From IMG/VR virus record IMGVR_UViG_3300042934_000556, positions 1-56,646 of that record: a DNA stretch of 56,646 nt; one strand, 5' to 3'. Positions within the stretch are counted from its first letter, which is position 1; each line of letters begins with the position of its first letter. Shown here in pieces: positions 35,601 through 43,846 of the stretch. The notes beneath the pieces were generated by a model, which saw only the letters and a list, made by a program, of their open reading frames with translations, did no database searches and was not told where the DNA came from. Origin of the DNA: a virus (taxonomy: Duplodnaviria > Caudoviricetes). A program made the position numbers and the translations under genes.

Positions 35601-38101
35601 ATTGCGACTGAGAGCAGGATCATCGAAGCGGCCACGAACGGCATCTTGGCGAAGCCCGCGAACCCCGACAGCTTCTCGAATATGAGAAGAGATCCGAGAA
35701 GTTGCGTGAACAGACCACCCATAGCGACAGAAGCTCGCGTCAAGCCGTCGGCATCGATCTTGGAGAGGATGTTCATGGCTGCTGCCAATATACCTACCGC
35801 AAGAGCAATCTGAAGAAGCGTCGCAGCTCGAAGGGTGTTTTGCATGGAACCGAGTACGCCGGTGAAGTTCTCGATGGCTTCACTAATACCGTCGAGCAAT
35901 CCTGGAGCTCCGCCACCGGCGAAGTTCTTGATGATCAGAACAAGACCTGCGAACAGACCCGTGTTGATCCCGGCGAGGACGTTCTCGAAATTGAGCCCGT
36001 CGAACATCGTGGAGACATCGATACCCAGCCCGCTGAAGAAGTCGGATATGCGACCACCCAGCTTCTGGAAGAAATTACCCACGTTCTCCATGACCGTGAG
36101 AGTCTTCTCCCAAGCCTTGGAGGCTACTTCACCCAACCGTCCGAGAGGCTCGAGTTTGGAGGATATACCCTCGACACTCTTCTCGACGCCCTTGGAATCG
36201 GTGTCCTTGAAGAGCGAACCGAGCCACTTGGCAAGCTCCTGTACGAGCTTGATCGGAATGGCGAGAACCACTCCGATCCCCTTGAAGAGATTCTTGAGCC
36301 CCTCTCCTTCTCGGATTCCGTTTCGGACAGCGACGAGAAAATCGCCGATCTTCGCAGTGAAGCTGAGGAACCCTCCGGAGCCTTGTGTCACCGCTCCGAA
36401 CAAGTCAAAGATTACACCAACAACACCCTTGATGATGTCGACAGCGATTCCAAATATCGCAAAGACACCGGCAAAGGTTCGCTTCAGTTTGTCTGCTGTT
36501 TCTCCCCCGACGATAAGTCGTTCGGTGAAGTCCCTGAAAGACTTCGTCATGTCGGCAAGCTGCTTGCCGGTGGTGGCCGGGAATATCTGGCGGAATGCAT
36601 CCTTGATCGGTTTGAGCACCGACATCAGGCCCTTGAAGACGTTCGTGACGCCTTCAACGAGTGCGTCTCTGCCGCCGAAAGATTTCCAATCCGACAACAT
36701 CTTGTTTCGGCCTTCGGCAGAACCTTGGATCATCTTGCCGATGGAATCGCTGATACCGGTGAACAGACCCTTGGCTTCCATGAAGTCGCCAAATATGATC
36801 TTCCAGGTCTGAGCCCACCCCGAAGTCATTTGCTCTTTGAACGTTCCGAAGAGCTGGGTGACGGTCTTTACTTCCGTAGCCGCTTTCTTGGCGGTTTCGG
36901 CCTGCTTCTGGATTGCCTTGATCTGCGACTTACTGAATCCTTGAGCCGCAAGATCAGCATCGGTGAGATCTCCAGTGAATTGCTGAAGAGTCGCCGTGAG
37001 AACTTCTGAATCCAACCATGACTCACCGTTCACAGCAGAAATCGAGTTTCGGAAAGACTTTCCGTTGACTTCGATATTCTTCATGGGACCGACGAGCTTG
37101 ACAGCACCATCCTTGAGTTTACCCATGGCTACGGCAGTGTCAGCCAAGGCTTGCTTAAATACGGCACCGCCCATACTGGCAGCTTCGACTGAGTTCCAGT
37201 CCTCGAGCGAAACAGTACCCGAGGAAATGGCCTGAGAAAGCTGATACATGGCGCCAGCGGCACGTTCAGAACTGGTACCTGACATCGCAGCAAGGTTAGC
37301 GATACCCTTGATGGCGCCAACCGACGTTTCGAGATCGACACCGGCAGCAGTGAACTGACCAATGTTCTTCGCCATTTCGGAGAAGTTGTAGATCGTCTGG
37401 TCGGAATAATGGTTCAGTTCATCCAAGGCCTTCGTGACGTCGTTCAGATTTGTACCTTGACGCTCTGTGTTCGCCAGGATGGTTTGGATCGAGTTGATGT
37501 TCGTCTCATACTCTCGAAAACCCTCCATGATGGGTCCGAAAGTGAATGAGTTGACGAGCCTCTGTCCTGCTTCGGCGGCTCGAGCACCAATGTTGTGAAG
37601 GGCTCCGGTGGCTACTTGTCCAAGAGCGGTGAATCGGCCAGCGAGACTCTGAACTCCACTCTCGAGATTCTTTAGGGCGTTAGAATTCTTGTTGGTTTCC
37701 TCGTTGCTCTTGTTCATCTTCGTGAGAAAGCCCTCAAGGGCCTTCTCACTGGACGAGACCTTCTGGCCGAACTGTTGAGCTGCAGTGGCCACCGTGCTGA
37801 CGCCACTGGAAAAACGCTCGAGAAATCCTCGTCCGGCTTCGACCTTCTGACCGAATTGCTGGGTTTCGGTGGCCACTTCCGAAACACCCTTTGTGAAGCG
37901 CCCAAGAGCATCTCGGTTGGTGACCATGTTCTGGTTGAAGCTCTGGCTGACCTGAGCGACCCCCGCGAGACCCTTCTGCGCCCCCTGGAGCTGGAGGCTC
38001 TTGTTGAGGACTTCGAGGGAGCGGATCGTCTGCTGAACGCCCTGTTGGAACTCGGCGTTTTGGAACTTCATCTGAACGACGCGTTCGTCGATGGTGCTCA
38101 T
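32648..38101 (-). CDS. Tape measure protein
   Basis: About 1817 aa, Ala/Gly-rich helical repeats (W.EIGK.L), two I.SPS motifs; ATGA overlap with the upstream gene. Confidence 0.92.
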   Translation of the reverse strand: MSTIDERVVQMKFQNAEFQQGVQQTIRSLEVLNKSLQLQGAQKGLAGVAQVSQSFNQNMVTNRDALGRFTKGVSEVATETQQFGQKVEAGRGFLERFSSGVSTVATAAQQFGQKVSSSEKALEGFLTKMNKSNEETNKNSNALKNLESGVQSLAGRFTALGQVATGALHNIGARAAEAGQRLVNSFTFGPIMEGFREYETNINSIQTILANTERQGTNLNDVTKALDELNHYSDQTIYNFSEMAKNIGQFTAAGVDLETSVGAIKGIANLAAMSGTSSERAAGAMYQLSQAISSGTVSLEDWNSVEAASMGGAVFKQALADTAVAMGKLKDGAVKLVGPMKNIEVNGKSFRNSISAVNGESWLDSEVLTATLQQFTGDLTDADLAAQGFSKSQIKAIQKQAETAKKAATEVKTVTQLFGTFKEQMTSGWAQTWKIIFGDFMEAKGLFTGISDSIGKMIQGSAEGRNKMLSDWKSFGGRDALVEGVTNVFKGLMSVLKPIKDAFRQIFPATTGKQLADMTKSFRDFTERLIVGGETADKLKRTFAGVFAIFGIAVDIIKGVVGVIFDLFGAVTQGSGGFLSFTAKIGDFLVAVRNGIREGEGLKNLFKGIGVVLAIPIKLVQELAKWLGSLFKDTDSKGVEKSVEGISSKLEPLGRLGEVASKAWEKTLTVMENVGNFFQKLGGRISDFFSGLGIDVSTMFDGLNFENVLAGINTGLFAGLVLIIKNFAGGGAPGLLDGISEAIENFTGVLGSMQNTLRAATLLQIALAVGILAAAMNILSKIDADGLTRASVAMGGLFTQLLGSLLIFEKLSGFAGFAKMPFVAASMILLSVAILILAQAVEDLAALDWNELAKGLTGTIGLLGALVGVSQLMKNPKGLITTGLAMIVLAGAIKILASAVEDLSSLGWNELAKGLVGVGALLGALTLFTMFAKANKGGLAQAAGIVLLAAGIKILASAVEDFSKMSWGEIGKGLAALAGGLVVISGALKLIPPTAPLAGAGILLVALSLGQVADALEDMAKMSWGEIGKSLTVMLGALGLMAAALYVIPPTAPLGAAAMLITVLALQQVTGVLVKMSEFSWEEIGKSMVMLAGTLGLIAGALFLMTGALPGAAALLVVSAALWVLHPVLVAFGGMTWEEIGKGLVMLAGALVVIGLAGLILAPVVPAIIGLGVGVALLGVGMLAAGAGVLLFAAALTALAAAGGAATAMIIGIVAGLIGLIPEVMKQIGLGLIAFAEVIATAGPSITKAIVTVMESLISAIVRLTPKIVDALLRMLTMLLQKLAQYVPKMVDAGLKLLTGILRGIANNLGDVIDQATRVVVKFIEGIGRNLPKVIDAGVKMIISFINGMAKTIRENTDAMNQAGRNLAGAIIEGMVKGLASGVGAVASAAREVASSAYNSAKDFLGINSPSKEFEKLGNYVNDGFRKGLDGNKGQVYKAFDDLKKMLKDLSKSSKASSSERKKAAEAYTALTKSLNDEKTAIGKLADKYDILTEKIKKADEAYQAAIKTRDDYRKQITDKYSDVASPTAETTYSSYVEELKKQIEDTKLFSNALQKLRGFGLNDELYKDLLEQGPSALPFVTELLDKGIQGVNEVNKLGKDLDAAGAHIGKTGSDALYQAGVDSAKGILNGLKSQQKFIEKQMDVIAAAMIRAIKTKLKIKSPSRVFMEMGGYSAQGLIKGLDEMSGSVERSAARTGTAAVESLRKSLTGFSDLITNENDMQPVITPVLDLSSVRRDVAGISGMFGSSYIPIDSAYAKARYVASGYASNQAAADEIETNPLGSITYIQNNTSPKALSSAEIYRQTKNQLSTTKGALT

Positions 38102-38475
38102 GCGGATGTCACCGCCTTCCATACTTGATCTGCGATGTGGTCAAATATCGGTTTCATCGCGGGGTTGATGTAGTCCCGACCTTGGACGTAACCACCGGTT
38201 CCGGTACCATAGCCGTACTGAAGCATGATGGCTACGGGAAATCCGTTTTCAACATCGTTGTTGGTCCATGTTATGGAAACGGACCCCCGGGAGTGTTCGA
38301 CTGTGTAATCCCAGGAGTCCGATGCCAAACCGGAGTCTTTAGGTACTGCTGAAGCCAAAGCGTTTACTCCCATTTTGGCTGCTGCGTCCAACGACTTATA
38401 GATGTCGCTGCTTCGCATCTTCCGAATGGAGTCTTCCGTTCGTAGGCCCGAACGTTTGACTACGAACGAAATCAC
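38098..38475 (-). CDS. HK97 gp10-like neck/tail component
   Basis: PKDSG...SW...LQYGYGT...YINPAM. Confidence 0.7.
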   Translation of the reverse strand: MISFVVKRSGLRTEDSIRKMRSSDIYKSLDAAAKMGVNALASAVPKDSGLASDSWDYTVEHSRGSVSITWTNNDVENGFPVAIMLQYGYGTGTGGYVQGRDYINPAMKPIFDHIADQVWKAVTSA

Positions 38476-38489
38476 TTTGGCTCCTTTGG

Positions 38490-38768
38490 TTACTCCAGGC
38501 CGGTCATCTTCCGACCAGCATCGAAGGCGTTGGTGTTGGCGTTCTTGATCGCGTTGAAGGTCTCGAAGTAGAACCGGAGCGCGTATGCCTCATCGGCGTC
38601 ATACCCGAAGGGTTCAGAGGTCAAAGGGTCGACCCCGTCGATCACTGCGTGATTTGCGAGCCATGCTGCGATGGCTTCGACATCTTCGAACGCCTCTCGG
38701 AGACGAATGACCGCCTGAGCGGCCTTCATGTCGAGTACCTGCTTGTTGACTTCTAGACCGATGGCCAT
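38490..38768 (-). CDS. Hypothetical tail-region protein
   Basis: 92-aa ORF with AAGGA RBS. Confidence 0.65.
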   Translation of the reverse strand: MAIGLEVNKQVLDMKAAQAVIRLREAFEDVEAIAAWLANHAVIDGVDPLTSEPFGYDADEAYALRFYFETFNAIKNANTNAFDAGRKMTGLE

Positions 38769-38785
38769 GCGTTTGTATTCCTTAG

Positions 38786-40159
38786 TTATGCGGAAGAGGA
38801 AGCTTCATAGGAGAAATGGCCCTTGATGCCACTGCCCGAAACCCATGTGAATGGTGTCTGGGAGTCAACATCTCCGGTATTGGTGTTTGATCCGTTCACC
38901 TGCCCAGAAACGACGCCTATACGGAATGCGTTCGCCGTGACCATACGTGCACGGCCCAGACAAACAGCCGAGTTGCTGTTGTTGTTCAACTCCACGAAAC
39001 CGAGACTATCTGAACTTCGGGCACCAGTTAGAGGAAGACTGAACTGCCAGTTGTCCGCAGTCCCTCCTCCACCGAAATTGGTTGTAGAGCCGAACTCGAT
39101 TTCGAACCGGACTTCGACCTTTCGACCTATCTTGATGTAGCGACAACTGATCGTCGCGTTACCGAAAGACGGAAGAGCAGCACCACTCGATGTTGTCCAC
39201 GTCGGCGTATAGGACGTCCAGACACCAGGATCGTTGAGGAGACGTCTCCAGGGGGACCAACCATTCGCAGCGTTTGCTGTGCGATGCCAGATGTCGGATA
39301 CCGTGCTCGAACCACCAACGTGCTTGGTGAAGGTCTGCTTGGCGAAATCAGTCCCATCCACGTACGTCAACAATTCACCCGCGCTACCCGCGAAATCCCA
39401 GCCCGTTGAATCGGTCGAGGTGAAATACGATCTCGACCATCCATTGGGATATGAAGTGATTGCAGTCGTCTGCGTGATCGTTCCTGATGCCAGCGTCAGA
39501 AGAGTACTAACCAGAGACCATCCGGTCCATCCACCACCACCAACTGAAGTATGGTAGGTTCTGGTCCACATGCGCGAACCACGTGATCCCCCGTCAGTAC
39601 CGACCAAAGTCTGGTAGCATCGGTCCGATTCGAGTTTGTACGTGGTGAGGGTGCCGAATCCCGCACCAACTGACCAACCAGAATTTGTGGTCAGATTCAT
39701 CTGCGAGATACCACTAGGATATGCGGTCGGTGTTGCAGTCTCGGTGTTTGCGTTCGAGGCGAGAATCTGAACCTTGTTACCGGGAACCGCAGCAAGTCCC
39801 GCCGGGGTTACTGCACGAGTCGTGTCCGTGCCAGATATGGTCTCCGCCGAAGTGGCGAGCTCTACTAGACCCTTCTGGATTTCACTTGCGTAGGGCCCGG
39901 CCAGATCGTTTGTGTCCAACCACACCGAACCATCCGGAACGGCACCAGGGTCGGCATCTCCGACATACGTGAAGGCATCTACCTTGGAATATGAAGTTCC
40001 GCCATAGATCTGCATTCCTGAAACGGCTCCGACATCGATTGGCGTTCCATCATGCCGAACGAGAACGAGGTGGCCAGACTCGTTGACCGAACCGGAAACG
40101 ATCGATGTGGATTCGATTTCAAGTGTTCGCTCTGCGGTTACTACAGTTACCGTAGCCAC
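38786..40159 (-). CDS. Tail fibre / receptor-binding protein
   Basis: KGLVELAT...RAVTPAGL fibre repeat; W.R...WTGW / WSPW motifs; C-terminal beta-rich domain. Confidence 0.75.
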   Translation of the reverse strand: MATVTVVTAERTLEIESTSIVSGSVNESGHLVLVRHDGTPIDVGAVSGMQIYGGTSYSKVDAFTYVGDADPGAVPDGSVWLDTNDLAGPYASEIQKGLVELATSAETISGTDTTRAVTPAGLAAVPGNKVQILASNANTETATPTAYPSGISQMNLTTNSGWSVGAGFGTLTTYKLESDRCYQTLVGTDGGSRGSRMWTRTYHTSVGGGGWTGWSLVSTLLTLASGTITQTTAITSYPNGWSRSYFTSTDSTGWDFAGSAGELLTYVDGTDFAKQTFTKHVGGSSTVSDIWHRTANAANGWSPWRRLLNDPGVWTSYTPTWTTSSGAALPSFGNATISCRYIKIGRKVEVRFEIEFGSTTNFGGGGTADNWQFSLPLTGARSSDSLGFVELNNNSNSAVCLGRARMVTANAFRIGVVSGQVNGSNTNTGDVDSQTPFTWVSGSGIKGHFSYEASSSA

Positions 40160-40187
40160 GAGGCCACCTTTCTTACTCGACGAAATA

Positions 40188-40922
40188 TCAGATCATAGGG
40201 TCCCAAGCCCCATCGATACGAGGTTTGGGGGCTGCCGGAATCCATACTTCTCCGGTACGAACTCGAGGCGTCGCCGGAATCCATTTACCACCCCAACGGA
40301 CCTTTCGTGTCACAAAAGTCTCGGACTCGTTAGCCCAATATGATGCATCATCGAAGTTCGCTACGAGGTTAGGGGTGGTCCCATTCCAGACACCGGCCAT
40401 AAAGACCATTCCAACAGACGTCTTGTTGAACGTCCCTCCGACGGTGCAACGAGCCATCTCGTTCCAGACCTGACCGTCAGTGGAGTTATACATCCGCACG
40501 ACGTTGTTGCCGTCCATGTTCCCGATACCCCACCAGGCACTCGGAATCCAGTCCCACCCGATACCAACAGTTGTATCGGTCACGACTTCATCGCTGAAGG
40601 TGGTGAGGCCTCCAGGTTGGAACGTGATGTAAGCACCGTTCGGACCACCAAGGGCCGAGATATGGTTACCAGCCCCGTCGTGAGCTCCGATGTAGAACTC
40701 ACAACCTTCGGCTCGATCGCCAGTCACGGACAGTTTAGCGGCGAAAATCCCCTGTGTGAGATCGAAGCTGATATCACCTTCGATTCTTGGGTAATCAGCA
40801 ACGCAGGCCAAATTCAGAGTCCCGCCAGATTCGATGGCCCCCGGGCCCTGTGTTTCGGTCCACTTGGTTGAATCAAGATTTCCATCATCAAAATTGTCGA
40901 TGAGCGTTTGCTTGTATACCAC
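40188..40922 (-). CDS. Minor tail protein (beta-sandwich / lectin-like)
   Basis: DNFDDG.LD..KW start; YNSTDGQVW; Trp-rich C-terminal repeats. Confidence 0.6.
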   Translation of the reverse strand: MVYKQTLIDNFDDGNLDSTKWTETQGPGAIESGGTLNLACVADYPRIEGDISFDLTQGIFAAKLSVTGDRAEGCEFYIGAHDGAGNHISALGGPNGAYITFQPGGLTTFSDEVVTDTTVGIGWDWIPSAWWGIGNMDGNNVVRMYNSTDGQVWNEMARCTVGGTFNKTSVGMVFMAGVWNGTTPNLVANFDDASYWANESETFVTRKVRWGGKWIPATPRVRTGEVWIPAAPKPRIDGAWDPMI

Positions 40923-40934
40923 AGGGCCTCCCTT

Positions 40935-41723
40935 CTATCCGTCGCTGATGGTGTAAGTGTTCTCGTCGATTGAAACGACTGTCGGCCAATCGAATTGAAG
41001 GTAAATATCGTCCAGTTTCTCGATGGCTTCATCCGGACCGGAGATAGTGAACGTACGATCCCCGTTGTCGGTGACAACGAATACAAAGAACGCGTCGTAC
41101 ATTTCGACTAGTTCCGAGAAAGATGGCAGTCTGGCTGCGTTTTCCTCATCCCCGTAAAGGGCGTTTTCGATGAGCTCTAGCACCTGCGAATCGGTGGTAC
41201 GAGAATCGATCTCTACGTGAGAAGTCCTCTTGTAGCCCGAAACAACAGGTGGTCGAGTTGTCACGTTCCAACTGAACTCTACGGGATCTGTTGAGTCACT
41301 AAGGGACGAATATGACCGTTGGGTTGGTTCGGCCAAGGCATTGTATACGATGTGTATCTTATACCCTAGATCACCGTTGAGGTCACTCCCCACCAGTGTT
41401 CGGTAGGAGAAGCCGAATGACTTTCTACGTTGTTGAGTGAGACGAAGACCAGTGCGGATCTCGGCCGTACCATCGCACCGAGCAAATAGATCAGGATATG
41501 TGAACGCATTGATCGTAGCTCCGAACTCCTCGGCGGAAGACGCGATCAAGTACTTGTTACCGTCGAGGTAGTACGATTTGGTCCCTCCTCCAGTGGGATT
41601 CATCTCAACTGAAGTCAAACCGGTCCACGGCACTCCTGGGAATCCATCTACATAGAGGACTCCACGGTCAATTCCGGCTTCGTAGAGTCTAGTTCCGGAA
41701 ACACTCCATATGAGTCGAGCCAC
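40935..41723 (-). CDS. Second tail-tube-like protein (paralogue of the major tail protein)
   Basis: LYEAGIDRGVLY...EEFGATINAFTYP closely parallels 42309-43193. Confidence 0.75.
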   Translation of the reverse strand: MARLIWSVSGTRLYEAGIDRGVLYVDGFPGVPWTGLTSVEMNPTGGGTKSYYLDGNKYLIASSAEEFGATINAFTYPDLFARCDGTAEIRTGLRLTQQRRKSFGFSYRTLVGSDLNGDLGYKIHIVYNALAEPTQRSYSSLSDSTDPVEFSWNVTTRPPVVSGYKRTSHVEIDSRTTDSQVLELIENALYGDEENAARLPSFSELVEMYDAFFVFVVTDNGDRTFTISGPDEAIEKLDDIYLQFDWPTVVSIDENTYTISDG

Positions 41724-41736
41724 TCGTTTCCTCCTC

Positions 41737-42279
41737 TCAACCTCTAGTTCCGAACTGTTGCTTCCTCTGAGCGTTGAGCTTCTGACGCTGTGAAAGCATC
41801 TCCCGCTTACCCATCTTCTTCGGAGGAGCGCTCTTCAGATTGATCACTCGGATCAACGTCAACAACCGGTTTAGATGCCAGTGTTGACACTCGAACGGGA
41901 CGCCCGCCGCGATCATCCAGTGGTAGACGATCTCCGCAGTGATCACCTCACGGTTTTTCTTGGGGGCGCCCTGATCGTTGAATGTCGTTGCGGTCATCTT
42001 CGAATCGATATAGTTTCGAATCGCCTCGACGTTGTCCTTTGTGAGACTGGCGAAAACCTCCGGAGGAACATTCGGAGTGAGCGTCATCATCTTGATGTAC
42101 TCGAAAACTTCCTCCGGGGCTTTCTCCTTGTCACTGAGGAACGGTTTCTCGAAGAATGACTCCCATTTTGACAGAGAGACAAGAGAGTGCTCCAACTCGA
42201 GCACGCAAGACTTAACAACAACAAACTTCTGGTTCTCTTCGTCGAAGCCTTCTTCGAGAACGACTTCGATGGTGAGCAC
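41737..42279 (-). CDS. Tail assembly chaperone-like protein
   Basis: Follows the major tail gene; LEHSLVSLSKWES...WHLNRLLTLI. Confidence 0.6.
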   Translation of the reverse strand: MLTIEVVLEEGFDEENQKFVVVKSCVLELEHSLVSLSKWESFFEKPFLSDKEKAPEEVFEYIKMMTLTPNVPPEVFASLTKDNVEAIRNYIDSKMTATTFNDQGAPKKNREVITAEIVYHWMIAAGVPFECQHWHLNRLLTLIRVINLKSAPPKKMGKREMLSQRQKLNAQRKQQFGTRG

Positions 42280-42308
42280 TCTCTAGCCTCCTTCTGTCGA
42301 TGGGTTGA

Positions 42309-43193
42309 TTACGAGTAGGTGATGAGCCAGTCGTTGTCTACGTTGGACGGGAACTTGTAGCCCTTGGCCGGACGGGCCTCGACGATGGTGTCCTCAGAGA
42401 TGATGACCGGGCCGGGGGCCTGGAGCTCACCGCCGATGTAGTAGTTGACGCCCGTGACAGTCGGGATGGTGATGGTGTCGGTCGCCGCGTCGTACGACGG
42501 CTCGGTCGGAGTCGCTTCGAGAACGGTTCCGGAGAACATGGCGATGACGGTGGCCGGGTCCGGGAGCGATGGGTCGGTACCCTCGGTGCCGTAGAGGAAC
42601 TCCTCCAGGGTGTCGAGTGCTCCGGCGTCTACCTTGGTGGAGTCGATCGTCAGGGTGGCCGTTGGCTTGTAGTCGACACCGGCGATCTGGCCGACCTCGA
42701 CGGGGGTAGTGGTGAACTCCCACGAGAACGTGATCGCCTCGGGCGAGTCATTGACGGTGGCGTACGCCTTCTCCGACGGGGCCGCGAGGGCGCCGTAGAC
42801 GAGGTGCAGCTTGTATCCGTGGTCCTGGCCGTCCAGGTCGTTGCCGAGCTTGGTGCGGTAGGACAGACCGAAGGCCTTGCGAGACTGCTGACCGACGAGG
42901 ACGCCCGGCGTGGGCGCTGCGGTACCGTCACACTGGCCGAACTCGTCAGGGTAGGTGAAGGCCTCGATCGTGCCGCCGAACTCCTCGGCCGAGATGAGGT
43001 TCAGGTACTTGATGTTGTCGGCGTACTGCGGGTTGGACTCGGCACCCGACGGCGACTCGGTGACGGTGGTGAGACCGTTCCAAGCGTAGCCGCTGGTGTA
43101 GGCACCTGCGCCGTTGGGGATGTAGAGGACACCGTGGTCGACGCCGGTCTCATAGTACCGCTCGCCACTCTTGTCCCAGGTGAGCTGGGTCAT
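42309..43193 (-). CDS. Major tail (tube) protein with C-terminal accessory domain
   Basis: YETGVDHGVLY, YADNIKY motifs; strongly biased codon usage. Confidence 0.85.
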   Translation of the reverse strand: MTQLTWDKSGERYYETGVDHGVLYIPNGAGAYTSGYAWNGLTTVTESPSGAESNPQYADNIKYLNLISAEEFGGTIEAFTYPDEFGQCDGTAAPTPGVLVGQQSRKAFGLSYRTKLGNDLDGQDHGYKLHLVYGALAAPSEKAYATVNDSPEAITFSWEFTTTPVEVGQIAGVDYKPTATLTIDSTKVDAGALDTLEEFLYGTEGTDPSLPDPATVIAMFSGTVLEATPTEPSYDAATDTITIPTVTGVNYYIGGELQAPGPVIISEDTIVEARPAKGYKFPSNVDNDWLITYS

Positions 43194-43209
43194 ATTTGGA
43201 GACTCCCTC

Positions 43210-43533
43210 TCAGAAGTACAGGTTGTAGACGTAGTGATGGAGATTGTCCGCCGTGAATATACGATTCAGGTTGGACAATCGCAACAAAGCGATCTTGTCC
43301 GGGACGTCCCAATCCGGACTCCTGGATATCGCCGTAACCTGGTATCGCTTGGCGTAGCTGTATGGCTTGTTGCCCGCGAATTCGACTTTTGCATTGTCCT
43401 GGGCGTAGATGATACAGGGATACTTCATCCCTGTGTTGGGGGGTTGTTGGAAATATACGTTCGCACTTCCCAACACCCCCTCCAGGAGCGTCTGAAGCTC
43501 AAGACGTTTCGGGTCTGGGGCCGTTGTAGACAC
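43210..43533 (-). CDS. Tail completion / terminator protein
   Basis: NVYFQQP...MKYPCIIY motif. Confidence 0.7.
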   Translation of the reverse strand: MSTTAPDPKRLELQTLLEGVLGSANVYFQQPPNTGMKYPCIIYAQDNAKVEFAGNKPYSYAKRYQVTAISRSPDWDVPDKIALLRLSNLNRIFTADNLHHYVYNLYF

Positions 43534-43828
43534 CCCCTAGCCTCAGGAGAAGGCGGGGATTCTGCACCTCGACCTCAGAAACGGTCCACAGAGTCCCCGC
43601 CCACTCGACATAGCGAATGGCAAAGAAATGCTCGTTCGCGTAAGCATCTGCAACAACACTTATGGAGTTGCTCACCGAGAGGTCATTGTTGACACTCTCA
43701 CCTTCCCTGAACTTCAGCGAATTCCTGACCACGTCTCCAAAATATGAGAACTCTGTGATCTGGTCTTCGTGCACGCCGGGGGAGGTTTCAACAGTTACGC
43801 CGTATCCCACCTTTCCATAGAATCTCAT
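43499..43828 (-). CDS. Head closure / head-tail joining protein
   Basis: Position after the capsid gene; ISVVADAY...W.V..VEV..PRL. Confidence 0.7.
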   Translation of the reverse strand: MRFYGKVGYGVTVETSPGVHEDQITEFSYFGDVVRNSLKFREGESVNNDLSVSNSISVVADAYANEHFFAIRYVEWAGTLWTVSEVEVQNPRLLLRLGGVYNGPRPETS

Positions 43829-43846
43829 TTTGACGCATCAGTCCGA

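Noticed and set aside
41737-42279. Programmed frameshift in the tail assembly chaperone
   Set aside because: Single ORF followed directly by a tube paralogue; no second overlapping chaperone frame identified
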